Assembly (NCBI GenBank): GCA_965223505.1
Contig: CBDCWP010000012.1
Location: 85,524 to 149,523 of the forward strand
Reading direction: 5' to 3'
Length of the DNA stretch: 64,000 nucleotides
DNA from: Planctomycetota bacterium
GTDB lineage: Bacteria; Planctomycetota; PLA2; JAEUHO01
Positions 36,860 to 46,457 of the stretch are shown here, in pieces. The notes beneath the pieces were generated by a model. That model worked only from the letters and a program-made list of their open reading frames with translations. It did not search any database and had not been told where the DNA came from. Within the stretch, counting starts at the first letter, position 1; every line of letters begins with the position of its first letter. The position numbers and the translations under genes are program-made.

Positions 36860-38224
36860 ATGACGAAGTCACTTGCTGACCGAATCAACGACCGTTCGTG
36901 CTGCTACGGCGTCATCGGCCTCGGCTATGTCGGCCTGCCGCTGGCGCTCGCCTTCGCCGAGCGGGGCCTGCAGGTCATCGGCTACGACGTCGACGGCGGC
37001 AAGGTCGAGGACGTCAATGCCGGGCGCTCCTACATCCCCGACGTCGACAGCGCGGCGCTCGCCGAACAGGTGCGCGCCGGCCGGTTCAAGGCGACCGCCG
37101 AAGGGGCTCGCCTGGCCGAGGCCGACGTCATCAGCATCTGCGTGCCGACACCGCTCTCCAAGAGCCGCGACCCGGACCTTTCCTATGTCGAAGCAGCCCT
37201 TCGAAGCGTGGAGAAGATCCTGCGGCCCGGGCAGCTGGTGGTGCTGGAGAGCACGACGTATCCCGGCATGACCGAGGAGTACCTCTTGCCGCGTCTTCAG
37301 GCCGGGGGGCTGAAGGCGGGCCGCGACTTCTGGTTGGCGTTCTCGCCCGAGCGGGTCGATCCCGGCAACCGCGTCTACGGGGTGCACAACACGCCGAAGG
37401 TCGTCGGCGGCGTCGATCCGACCTCCACCGAGATGGCCTCGAACTTCTACCGCATTGCCATCGAACACGTCCATCCCGTCAGCTCGGCGTCGGCGGCGGA
37501 GACCGTCAAGCTGCTCGAGAACACCTTCCGCAGCGTCAACATCGGCCTGGTCAACGAGGTCGCGCTCATGTGCGACCGGCTCGGTCTGGACGTGGGCGAG
37601 ATCATCGGCGCGGCGTCGACCAAGCCGTTCGGCTTCATGCCGTTTCAGCCCGGCCCGGGGATCGGCGGCCACTGCATTCCGCTCGACCCGATCTACCTCT
37701 CGTGGAAGCTGCGCACGCTCGACTATCGAGCGCGATTCGTCGAGCTGGCGCAGGACGTGAACACCGGGATGCCCCGGTACCTGGCCGAGCGCGTCACGGC
37801 CGCGCTCAACGACCGCCGCAAGAGCGTCAAGGACTCGAAGATCCTCGTCCTCGGCGTCGCCTACAAGGCGGGTGTCGACGACACCCGCGAGAGCCCGGCG
37901 CTCGAGGTGATGCGACTGCTCTTGCAGCGGGGAGCGGACGTGAGCTACGCGGATCCCTACGTCAAGACCGTGACCGTCTCCGATCGGCTCTTCACGCACC
38001 TGCCGCTGTCGCCCGAGCTGCTCGCGGACGTGGACTGTGTCGTCGTCACGACGGATCACGCCGAGTTTCCCTGGGACGACGTCGCGGAACACGCGGCGCT
38101 CATCGTCGACGCCCGGGGCGTGGTGCCTCACGAGAAGGTGCGCGGCACGCTCGTGCCCTTGAGCGGACCCGCGCGAGAGGGCGCCGGGCAGGACGCTCCG
38201 TCCCGAGCGAGAACCGAGTCATGA
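36860..38224 (+). CDS. UDP-N-acetylhexosamine 6-dehydrogenase (WbpA/WecC family)
   Basis: GLGYVGLPLA, CVPTP, LESTTYPG, SPERVDPGN, KLLENTFR, PGPGIGGHCIP, DTRESP. Confidence 0.95.
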   Translation: MTKSLADRINDRSCCYGVIGLGYVGLPLALAFAERGLQVIGYDVDGGKVEDVNAGRSYIPDVDSAALAEQVRAGRFKATAEGARLAEADVISICVPTPLSKSRDPDLSYVEAALRSVEKILRPGQLVVLESTTYPGMTEEYLLPRLQAGGLKAGRDFWLAFSPERVDPGNRVYGVHNTPKVVGGVDPTSTEMASNFYRIAIEHVHPVSSASAAETVKLLENTFRSVNIGLVNEVALMCDRLGLDVGEIIGAASTKPFGFMPFQPGPGIGGHCIPLDPIYLSWKLRTLDYRARFVELAQDVNTGMPRYLAERVTAALNDRRKSVKDSKILVLGVAYKAGVDDTRESPALEVMRLLLQRGADVSYADPYVKTVTVSDRLFTHLPLSPELLADVDCVVVTTDHAEFPWDDVAEHAALIVDARGVVPHEKVRGTLVPLSGPAREGAGQDAPSRARTES

Positions 38225-39855
38225 GCTGGTTCTTCGAAGCCATCGGCCGAGGTCTGGGCGTCGCGTGGTCGCATCGCTGGCTCTTCGCGGTGCCGGTCGC
38301 CACGCTGCTGCTGCCCGTGACGATCTACGCCGTGCGGTTGCCCGACACCTACGAGGCCACCGCCGTCGTGCGCGCCACCGAATACAGCTCGGGTGACACC
38401 GCGCGCGATCTGCCCGGCCAGCGCAGCGGCCAGGTCTATCAGACGGCCGCGACGGCCCGCGACCGTCTGTACTCGAACGAGGTGCTCAAGTCGATCGTGC
38501 CGGTCCTGGCGCCCGGTGACGATCCGGACGACTACCGCGTGGTCGAGAAGCTCAGCAAGCTCGTCGAGTACGACCGTCTCACGGACTTCTCGTTCGAGAT
38601 CGCGATCACGGACACCGAGCCCGAGCGTGCCAAGACCGCGGTCAACACGCTCATCAAGGCGTTCCTCGAAGAGGAGCGCAAGGGACCGCTGCGCCGTGCG
38701 GAGACCCAGAAGAAGTTCTTCGAAGGCGAAGCGGCGAAGGCGAAGGACGCGTTCGTCGAGATCGCGACGGCGCTGGACACGTTCCGCACCGAGAACGCCG
38801 CGACGCTTCCGGAAGCGAAGGACGCGATCGACCAGGAGCTCTCGACGGTGCGTACGGAGCTCCTGCTTCAGAAGCAGCTGGCGAGCTCCGCCCAGCGCCG
38901 CGTCGAGTTCCTGACCGAGCAGCTCACGCGCCGGGGCATGGAGGACGCCGCCAGTCTCACCCGGCCCACGACGGCCGAGGAGAAGCAGCTCGAGCTGCAG
39001 CTCGGCAACGAACAGGCGGCCATCAACGACGCGCGCAAGCGGCTCGCCGAGGCGCGCCGGCGCTGGACCGAGAAGCACCCGAACGTGCGCGGCATCCAGA
39101 CGGAGCTCGACGAGCTGAAGTCCAATGCGCGCGCCACGGTTACCGCGCTCAAGGCCGCGCGCGAAGCGGCCGACAAGCGCGCCGCCGACGCCCACAAGCG
39201 CCGCTCACAGGGTCCGCTGGACACGTTGCGCTCGATGCGCGTCGAGGCGCAGGCGGAGTCCGCTCGGGCCAACGAGCAGGTGCTCGCCTTCACCGCGAAG
39301 ATGAGCGAGCTCCAGGCGCGCCTGGCGCGCATCCCGGCCACGAAGGCGCTGCTGGATCCGCTGCTGCTCGAGAAGGCGGAGGCGCAGAAGCGTCTCGACG
39401 CGCTCGAGAAGGAAGCGCGCAAGGCGGCCGAGGACGCCAACTTCCTGCGCGAGAGCGAGGTCACCGACGTCACCGAGTTCGACGTCGACCGCTGGGCCGT
39501 GGCGCCGACCGCGCCGACGGGTCCCAAGCGCATGCGCTACTTCTTCACGGCGATCGCGTTGGGCCTGCTGATCGGCTACGGCCTGATCGTCCTGCGCCGG
39601 CGTTTCGAGGAGCAGACGATCACCCGCGCCGACGATCTCTCGAGCCTGCTGCCGGGCGCCATGGTCGTGAACGTGCCCTTGCTACCGGACGGGCGCGGAG
39701 GCGGGGGCGCCGTCGCTGCCCACGCCGTGCGCGAGCTGGTGCTGACGGTGTGGGTTCTCGGCTGCGTCGGCTTGAGCATGCTCGCGATCGCGGCGCACCG
39801 TGGGTTGGTCGAAGCGCCCGCGTGGCTGTCCGCGTTGTTCGGAGGTGGCGCATGA
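38221..39855 (+). CDS. wzc: Polysaccharide co-polymerase / chain-length determinant (Wzc/GumC membrane part)
   Basis: N-terminal TM then PDTYEATA, long coiled coil, WTEKHPNV, AP..PTGP followed by TM. Confidence 0.85.
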   Translation: MSWFFEAIGRGLGVAWSHRWLFAVPVATLLLPVTIYAVRLPDTYEATAVVRATEYSSGDTARDLPGQRSGQVYQTAATARDRLYSNEVLKSIVPVLAPGDDPDDYRVVEKLSKLVEYDRLTDFSFEIAITDTEPERAKTAVNTLIKAFLEEERKGPLRRAETQKKFFEGEAAKAKDAFVEIATALDTFRTENAATLPEAKDAIDQELSTVRTELLLQKQLASSAQRRVEFLTEQLTRRGMEDAASLTRPTTAEEKQLELQLGNEQAAINDARKRLAEARRRWTEKHPNVRGIQTELDELKSNARATVTALKAAREAADKRAADAHKRRSQGPLDTLRSMRVEAQAESARANEQVLAFTAKMSELQARLARIPATKALLDPLLLEKAEAQKRLDALEKEARKAAEDANFLRESEVTDVTEFDVDRWAVAPTAPTGPKRMRYFFTAIALGLLIGYGLIVLRRRFEEQTITRADDLSSLLPGAMVVNVPLLPDGRGGGGAVAAHAVRELVLTVWVLGCVGLSMLAIAAHRGLVEAPAWLSALFGGGA

Positions 39856-40553
39856 AGGCCTCGAGCGATCTCGTGCCGCGCAACGACACGGGCGCGGTGC
39901 TCGCCGTGCGCGACGGCAACCGGTTGCGCCCGCTCGAACGGCCCGACCCGGAGACGGCGAACGGCTACCTGCGACTGACGGCGCACATCCTGTTGCGCGC
40001 CCAACGCCAGCTCTTCCGCTCCATCGGCGTCATCAGCGCGCGCGACGGCGAGGGCAAGACGACCGCGGCCGTGAACCTCGCCCTGTGTCTCGGCCGCACG
40101 CGCGGCCGCACGGGTCGTGTCCTGCTCGTGGACGGCGACGCGCGCCACCGCACGCTGACGAAGCTCATCACGGGGGACATGTCCGACGTCGATCGCGAAG
40201 AGGCGGCCAAGCACCCGATGCTCGTCGCGACCGGCTTCGAGGGCGTCGACCTGATGACGGCGCCCGTTGCGCCCGACGGACTCACGCTGCACGACCCGGC
40301 TGCGTGGGCCCAGACGATTCACGATCTCAGCGACCGCTACGCGCAGATCGTCATCGATTGCCCGTCCGTGCTCGACAACCCGGAGGGCATGGTCCTGCGC
40401 GAGTGCGCAGAAGAGTTGGTGCTGGTCGTGCGCTCGGGCCGCACGACCCGCAAGACGATCGAGCAGGCGCTCGGCAGCGTGAACAAGCGCGTGCTCGGCG
40501 TGATCCTCAACGGTGGCGCGACCGCGCGCCGAAACGTGAGAAGCGCCTCGTGA
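39852..40553 (+). CDS. CpsD/CapB-type bacterial tyrosine kinase (stand-alone)
   Basis: Walker A SARDGEGKTT, A' LLVDGD, B IVIDCP, LVVRSG.T, LGVILN. Confidence 0.88.
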   Translation: MKASSDLVPRNDTGAVLAVRDGNRLRPLERPDPETANGYLRLTAHILLRAQRQLFRSIGVISARDGEGKTTAAVNLALCLGRTRGRTGRVLLVDGDARHRTLTKLITGDMSDVDREEAAKHPMLVATGFEGVDLMTAPVAPDGLTLHDPAAWAQTIHDLSDRYAQIVIDCPSVLDNPEGMVLRECAEELVLVVRSGRTTRKTIEQALGSVNKRVLGVILNGGATARRNVRSAS

Positions 40554-41962
40554 CGCCGCCCTCCGCCACCGCCGCCGCCCTGCGCGTTCCCGTTCAGCGG
40601 AGCGAGCCCGTTTCGCAACCGCGTGTGGCGCTCAGCCCTGCGCACCCGGCGGCCGTCATCATTCCGCCCGTGGTGCTCTATCTCGTGACGATCGCCGTCG
40701 CGACGATGGTCCACGGCTTGACGGTCTCGCTGACGTACACGCCGTCGGTCTGGACGCTGCTGCGAGCCGGCACGCTGGCCGCGCTCCAGCTGCCGGCCCT
40801 GTACGTCGTCCGCGCCGCGGCCGAAGGCGCCGGCGGCAGGCGGCTCGCACAGGCGCTCGTGCCCGCCATGGGCGCCGTACTGGTCGTCGCGCTCGACGCG
40901 CTGTTGCCGGGCGAGTTCCTGCATCCCGCAACGCTCTTCGTCATCTGGGGCGTGTCGGTCTCGGCGCAGCCTGCGGCGCGCCGCTGGCGCGACTGGTGGG
41001 TGCGGTATCGCCCGCGCAGAGTCAGCCTGCTCGCGTCGACCGAGTGGGGCGCACAGGAGGCGATCGACCGGCTCGAGCACATTCCCGGCCTCATGATCTC
41101 CAACGTCGTGATCCCCGGCTGCAACATCGACACCTCGACCCGCCTGCTGGGCCGTCCCACGAGCCACACGGCCGCCGGCGCGATGCGGCTCGAGCGGCGC
41201 GTGATCGTCTCCAGCCCGCTCAAGGACCCGGCCGTCGGCGCGCTCATCGCGCAGATGGTCGCGCTGGGACACAGCATCAGCAGCGAGTCCTCGCTGCACC
41301 GCGCCGCCGAGGGGCGTGTCTGCACGCTGCGCGCCGATCCGCTCAACCTCCTGATGAGCCGTCCATCACACTGGTTCCACGACCTGACCTCGCGCGTGTT
41401 GGACGTCGTGCTCGCCGCCGGTCTGCTCGTGCTGACCGCGCCGCTGTTCCTGCTCGTTGCGACGGCCATCGCGCTCGAGACCGGCGCGCCGGTCTTCTAC
41501 CGCCAGCGTCGTGTCGGCATGCGCGGCCGCCTGTTCGACGTGGTGAAGTTCCGATCGATGTACGTGAACGCGGAGCAGATGAGCGGACCCGTCTGGGCCG
41601 CGCAGGACGACCCGCGCGTCACGAAGGTCGGGCGGTTCATCCGCAAATACCGACTGGACGAGCTGCCGCAGCTCTTCAACGTGCTGGTGGGACACATGGC
41701 GTTGGTCGGGCCGCGTCCCGAGCGCCCGCACTTCTTCAGCGAGCTGCGTCGGGATGTCCCGATCTTCGAGCTGCGCACGTGCGTTCGTCCCGGCGTGACC
41801 GGTTGGGCGCAGGTTCGCGCGCCGTACGCGGCCGGCATCGAGGACTCGCGCGAGAAGCTCGAGTTCGACCTGTACTACGTGCTGCATCGATCGCTTTGGA
41901 TGGACATGGCGATCCTCCTCGAGACCGCCGGCGTCGCGCTGCGCGGCAGCGGCGCGCGCTAG
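40550..41962 (+). CDS. Priming polyprenyl-phosphate glycosylphosphotransferase (WcaJ/bacterial sugar transferase family)
   Basis: RVLD, FYRQRRVG, KFRSM, DPRVTKVGRFIRKYRLDELPQLFNVL.G.M.LVGPRPE, RPGVTGWAQV. Confidence 0.93.
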   Translation: MTPPSATAAALRVPVQRSEPVSQPRVALSPAHPAAVIIPPVVLYLVTIAVATMVHGLTVSLTYTPSVWTLLRAGTLAALQLPALYVVRAAAEGAGGRRLAQALVPAMGAVLVVALDALLPGEFLHPATLFVIWGVSVSAQPAARRWRDWWVRYRPRRVSLLASTEWGAQEAIDRLEHIPGLMISNVVIPGCNIDTSTRLLGRPTSHTAAGAMRLERRVIVSSPLKDPAVGALIAQMVALGHSISSESSLHRAAEGRVCTLRADPLNLLMSRPSHWFHDLTSRVLDVVLAAGLLVLTAPLFLLVATAIALETGAPVFYRQRRVGMRGRLFDVVKFRSMYVNAEQMSGPVWAAQDDPRVTKVGRFIRKYRLDELPQLFNVLVGHMALVGPRPERPHFFSELRRDVPIFELRTCVRPGVTGWAQVRAPYAAGIEDSREKLEFDLYYVLHRSLWMDMAILLETAGVALRGSGAR

Positions 41963-41977
41963 ACCGCACCGAACGGG

Positions 41978-43417
41978 CTAGACGCTACGTTCCTTCCAGG
42001 TTCCGCGCCGGAACCAGAACGCCACGACGAACGCACGCGCCGCGGCGGTCGCCATGATCACCCACCAGATGCCCTCGACGCCCCAGCCGAGCTCGAACGC
42101 CGCGAGCCACGCCAACGGAATGCGCGCCAGCGAGAACGTGATGCCGATGAGCGTCGGCGGCAACGTGAGCCCGGCCCCGCCGAACGCCCCGTCCAAGACG
42201 AGCTCGACGGCTTGCGGGATGAGACAGATCGCGACGATGCGGTAGTACGCCGCCGCGTAGTCGCGCGCCGCGACCTCGTCGGCGAACAGCCCCGCGATCT
42301 GCTCGTCGAGCGTGAAGAGCACGATGCTCCACAGACCGCACAACGTCGCGCACTGCAGCGCCGCGCGCCACGCGGCCCGCTCGGCGCCTTCGGGGTCGTT
42401 CGCGCCGAGGCGCCGTCCGACGAGCGCTGCGGCGGCCGACGCCCAGCCCAACCCTAGCACGTAGGCGACGCCTTCGCCGGTGTGACCGATGCCGAGACCT
42501 GCCTGCGCCGCGGCGCCGCCCGCTTCGGCGGACGCGCTGCCCGGTTCGCCCGCCTCCGCCCTCCCCGCTTGCTCGGCGAAGCGCACGAGCACCAGGTAGA
42601 TGAGGTTGAAGCACAGGCTGGCGAGCGCCGTCGGCAGCCCGACCCGGGCGACGCGGCGCAGGACCGACGGGTCCAGTCCAAGCAGGCCCGGGCGACCCAG
42701 GGGCGTACGCGCGTCGAACCGCAGCGCGTCGTCCGGGGGGCGCGGCTTGTGCAGATGACCCGCGGAGCGCAGGGCGTGCACGATGAGCACCGCCGAGAGG
42801 ACCGCCGCCAGAATCGTCGCCCACGCCGCGCCCGGAACACCCAGTGCCGGAATCGGCCCCCAGCCGAAGATCAGGATCGGATCCAGCACCACGTTGCACG
42901 TCAGCGCGACGACCGCGACGCGAAACGGCGTGCGCGTGTTGCCGTGCCCACGGAAGACCGCATCACCGGCGACCTGCACCATGACGAACGCGCCGCCCGC
43001 CCAGTAGATCCGCGCGTGGCCGATGCCGCTGCTGGTGACTTGCGGACTCGCCTGCGCGGCCTGGAACAGCAGCGGCGCCGCCACGACGCCGACGGCGGCG
43101 GCGCCCAGGCCGATCACGAACGCCCAGAGCATGCCCTGGCGCGCGACGTAGCCGCCGGCCTCGACGCGCCCCGCGCCCGCGTACCGCGCGACGAGCGCGG
43201 TGAGCCCCATGCCCGCCAGCATGCCCAGCGCGGCGTAGATCCACACCGAGATGGTCGAGACCGTGAGCGCGGCGATGGCCTCGGTGCCGAGCTGTTCGCA
43301 GAACGCCATGTCCACGGCGCGATGCACGACCAGGAGCAGCGAGCTTCCGGCTGCGGGCACCGCCAACGCGATGATGCGCCGGTCGAGCCGGTCGGGTTGC
43401 GCGAGGGGCGCGTTCAC
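41978..43417 (-). CDS. MATE family efflux transporter
   Basis: ALAVP, VD...LG..AIAA, FRGHGNTRTP, NVVLDPILIFG..GVPGAAWAT. Confidence 0.93.
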   Translation of the reverse strand: MNAPLAQPDRLDRRIIALAVPAAGSSLLLVVHRAVDMAFCEQLGTEAIAALTVSTISVWIYAALGMLAGMGLTALVARYAGAGRVEAGGYVARQGMLWAFVIGLGAAAVGVVAAPLLFQAAQASPQVTSSGIGHARIYWAGGAFVMVQVAGDAVFRGHGNTRTPFRVAVVALTCNVVLDPILIFGWGPIPALGVPGAAWATILAAVLSAVLIVHALRSAGHLHKPRPPDDALRFDARTPLGRPGLLGLDPSVLRRVARVGLPTALASLCFNLIYLVLVRFAEQAGRAEAGEPGSASAEAGGAAAQAGLGIGHTGEGVAYVLGLGWASAAAALVGRRLGANDPEGAERAAWRAALQCATLCGLWSIVLFTLDEQIAGLFADEVAARDYAAAYYRIVAICLIPQAVELVLDGAFGGAGLTLPPTLIGITFSLARIPLAWLAAFELGWGVEGIWWVIMATAAARAFVVAFWFRRGTWKERSV

Positions 43418-44196
43418 CCCGATGCGCGCTCACCGTCGGGGCGGAACACACCGTCCAGCGCGGTCAGCACGACGCCTGCGATGACGACGCCCCAGAGCCA
43501 GAGGAAGAGGTACGGCGCGCCGACCTGGTCCGCGACGCCGACGGCCCGCGCCTGGATGCTGCTCGAGAACCCGTGCGCGAGCGCGGTGATCAAGATCGCG
43601 AACTCGACGACGCGTCGTCCGCCGCTGGTGCCGTTCGTCTTCAGGAACAGCAGCGGCGAGATCGCGAGCCACAGCGCGATGCCCGCGGGCAGCCACGCCT
43701 GATCGACCGTCAAGCACCCGGCCGCGAAGAACGCGGCACCGGCGCGAATGACGCTGATCTCCCGGCCCGGATCGGGATGGAACCGAATGACGGCCGCGTC
43801 GAGGACGCCGAGCAGGAACAGCGGACCGAAGATCGCGCTCCACGCTTCGCGAATCTCTCCGCCGGGAATCCAAGGGTGCTCCACGACGAGCAGCACGGTC
43901 GCGATCAGCGCGACCGCGGCTTCGGTGAGCGCGGACCCGGCGCGCAGGCCGCGCAGCGTGCGCGCGCTCAGCGACGTCGCCGCCAGGCCCCACAGCGCTA
44001 GCAGCGCCGCGGCCGCCGCGACCCCCGTTCGCTCCGCGCCGGTCATGTCGGGCGTGTCGCCGCTCTCGAGCGACACCTGCATCCACGGGCACAGCCACAG
44101 GCCCAGGAGTGCGGCGAGCGCGATGAGCCGCAGACGCCCGCGCTGCTTGTTGGGCACGGAGATCGGCTCGGCGGTCGGCGGTACGTCCTGCGTCAC
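43414..44196 (-). CDS. Hypothetical multi-pass membrane protein
   Basis: Several hydrophobic helices; stop overlaps the MATE start. Confidence 0.75.
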   Translation of the reverse strand: MTQDVPPTAEPISVPNKQRGRLRLIALAALLGLWLCPWMQVSLESGDTPDMTGAERTGVAAAAALLALWGLAATSLSARTLRGLRAGSALTEAAVALIATVLLVVEHPWIPGGEIREAWSAIFGPLFLLGVLDAAVIRFHPDPGREISVIRAGAAFFAAGCLTVDQAWLPAGIALWLAISPLLFLKTNGTSGGRRVVEFAILITALAHGFSSSIQARAVGVADQVGAPYLFLWLWGVVIAGVVLTALDGVFRPDGERASG

Positions 44197-44205
44197 GACC
44201 GCGGA

Positions 44206-45054
44206 TTATGGGGTGGGCTCGACCGCTTGGGGTGGTTTCATCCTCCCCCGCACGACCGTGCTCTGGGCGCCGCCGGGAACGGCCAGGGCGAGGACCTGGA
44301 GCAAGGCCACCCCCGCGACCGAGAACGCCACCGCCATCGTCAGCTGTCCCGGCAGGTTCCACGCCGTGATGGCTGGTGCGCCCTCGTACAGCGTGTAGCG
44401 CAGGGTGATGGTCACGTGCGCCGCGAGCAGCAGCTGCAGCAGCGCGCCGGTCAGCCGCAGTCCGCGCACGCTCAGGGCCAGCCGCGCGCCGGCCGCGCTG
44501 ATTGCGACGAAGAGGAACGGCGCCAGCCAGCTCGCGCGCTCCGTGTCGCCGTGAATCAGGAACCGCGACGGGATCACGAGCACGAGCACGCAGAGCGCCA
44601 GGCGCGCGCCGCGCAGCTTGTGGGGGGCGGGGATCCTCCGGCCCGCGCGCAGGCAGCGCCACACCTCGAGCACGGACAAGCCGCCCAGCAGGAAGAGCAG
44701 GATCACGAGAACGTGATTCGCGGCGACGTCGGGCGCGAGCTGCAGGGCGAAGGCTGTCGCCGCGTAAAGCGCGACGAACGCGTCGGTGGTCGCGAGCGTG
44801 GCCATCTGCCCGACGAACCGCCGCGCGATCGTCGATCCGACCGGCATCAGGATCAACACGAGCAATGCGGGGACGAGCAGCTGCGCCTCGCGATGAAGCG
44901 GTGTCGCCGCGTCGCCCGGCGGCGCCGGCGCTCCCGCCACGACCTCGATGTCGCCGCTCGGCACGACGCACCCCAGCCACAACAGCATGGTCAGCGCCGA
45001 CAGCGAGTACGCGAGCACCGCCTCGACGCGCGAAGGAGTCGCGAGCGTCGCCAC
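44206..45054 (-). CDS. Hypothetical multi-pass membrane protein
   Basis: About 8 hydrophobic helices; TAGGAT box 6 nt before the GTG. Confidence 0.75.
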   Translation of the reverse strand: MATLATPSRVEAVLAYSLSALTMLLWLGCVVPSGDIEVVAGAPAPPGDAATPLHREAQLLVPALLVLILMPVGSTIARRFVGQMATLATTDAFVALYAATAFALQLAPDVAANHVLVILLFLLGGLSVLEVWRCLRAGRRIPAPHKLRGARLALCVLVLVIPSRFLIHGDTERASWLAPFLFVAISAAGARLALSVRGLRLTGALLQLLLAAHVTITLRYTLYEGAPAITAWNLPGQLTMAVAFSVAGVALLQVLALAVPGGAQSTVVRGRMKPPQAVEPTP

Positions 45055-45102
45055 GGGGCTATCCTACGCCGTCACCTGCAACGGAGATGTTTCTTGGCGG
45101 AC

Positions 45103-45432
45103 ATGTACAAGGTCGAGATCGGACGCGACGCGTACCTCGGCGGCGCGGACGAGGTCGTCGCCTTCATGGCGAAGGCCGAGGGTGCGCCCGGCACGGATGC
45201 CGCCACCTACATGCGCGGCGTCGCGGCGCGGGTCGCGTCGAAGTTCGGCGTCGACGCGATCGAGACGAGCTCCGCAGAGGCGTTTCTCGAGTCGCTGGCC
45301 AAGCACCGGATCGCCTCGGTCGAGATCCAGGGCGAGCCGCTCGACGAGCGCGTCGACCCGAAGGACGCCGTGGGAGAAGGGCCGGTGGCCTACGGCCCCG
45401 GCGTCGATCCCGACGATGTCGAGCTCGCGTAG
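45103..45432 (+). CDS. Small acidic hypothetical protein (109 aa)
   Basis: MYKVEIGRDAYLGGADEVVAFM...; high-GC3 codon usage, fills the divergent gap. Confidence 0.75.
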   Translation: MYKVEIGRDAYLGGADEVVAFMAKAEGAPGTDAATYMRGVAARVASKFGVDAIETSSAEAFLESLAKHRIASVEIQGEPLDERVDPKDAVGEGPVAYGPGVDPDDVELA

Positions 45433-45469
45433 GCGGCGAATGTAGTGCGGCGCGGGTAGCCTCTCGGCC

Positions 45470-46387
45470 ATGATCGCGCGCGGATTGCTCATGCTGCCCC
45501 TGGCGGTGCTCATCGTCGTCGGCGGTGCGTACCTCTCGGCGCCGATCGCCGAGGCGATGATCGACTGGGGGTGGTGGAAGGACGACCCGCCCCAACGGGT
45601 CTTCCTGAAGGTCTTTCGGCGCTTCCTGCTGCTGCTCGTCGTGCCGCTGTTCCTGTGGCTGCGTCCCTGGCGGGACGGGGGGCCGGCCAGCTACGGGCTG
45701 ACCGCGCGCCGGCTTCGCGACGGCGTTCCGGCGGTCGCTTTCTTCGTGACGTTCCTGACGGCCTGTGCCGGTGTGGCCGTCCTGCTGACCAGCGGGTGGC
45801 TGCAGTTCGAAGCGGAGATCAAGCCCGGTTCGGCGGCGTGGCGCTTCGGCCGCTCGCTGCTCGCCGGCCTCGCGGTCGGCATCTTCGAGGAATGGTTCTT
45901 CCGGGGATGGATGTGGCGGCGCTTCGCCGGGAAGAACGGCGTGTCGCCGCGCCGTGCGCTCGCCGCGGCCGCCGGCACGGCCGTGATCTTCGGCGCCGTT
46001 CACGCGTTCCAGCCGGGCAACCTCGATGCCGACGTCGGCATGGATGCCGCGGGCGCGTTCACCGCGCTCGGCGGGTGGCTCTCCCACCTCGCCGATCCCG
46101 TCGCGTTCGGTCCGGCCATGATCGGACTCTCGCTCTTCAGCCTGCTGCTCAGCGGCGTCTATCTCCGGACCGGCAGCCTGTGGCCGGCGATCGCCGTCCA
46201 CGCGGCCGCGGTGACGGTGATCAACGGGCACGGCGGCCTCACGCAGCGCGTCAACCCCGAGACGTGGATCGAGACCAAGCACCTGTACGACGGCCTCATC
46301 GGCTGGGTTCTGCTGGCCGTCGGCGCGTTCGTGTGTTGGCCGCGTGGTCGTGACACGCTGCCCGCATCCGAGCCCGACCCGACCTAG
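45470..46387 (+). CDS. CPBP (Abi/CAAX, Rce1-like) intramembrane glutamic endopeptidase
   Basis: FEEWFFRG, FGAVH, TGSLWPAIAVH motifs. Confidence 0.92.
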   Translation: MIARGLLMLPLAVLIVVGGAYLSAPIAEAMIDWGWWKDDPPQRVFLKVFRRFLLLLVVPLFLWLRPWRDGGPASYGLTARRLRDGVPAVAFFVTFLTACAGVAVLLTSGWLQFEAEIKPGSAAWRFGRSLLAGLAVGIFEEWFFRGWMWRRFAGKNGVSPRRALAAAAGTAVIFGAVHAFQPGNLDADVGMDAAGAFTALGGWLSHLADPVAFGPAMIGLSLFSLLLSGVYLRTGSLWPAIAVHAAAVTVINGHGGLTQRVNPETWIETKHLYDGLIGWVLLAVGAFVCWPRGRDTLPASEPDPT

Positions 46388-46457
46388 TGCCGATACACTT
46401 GCGAGACGTGTGCCGACGGAGCGGGTTTGAGCCCCGGATCCGGGAGGGCTGGTGCGG

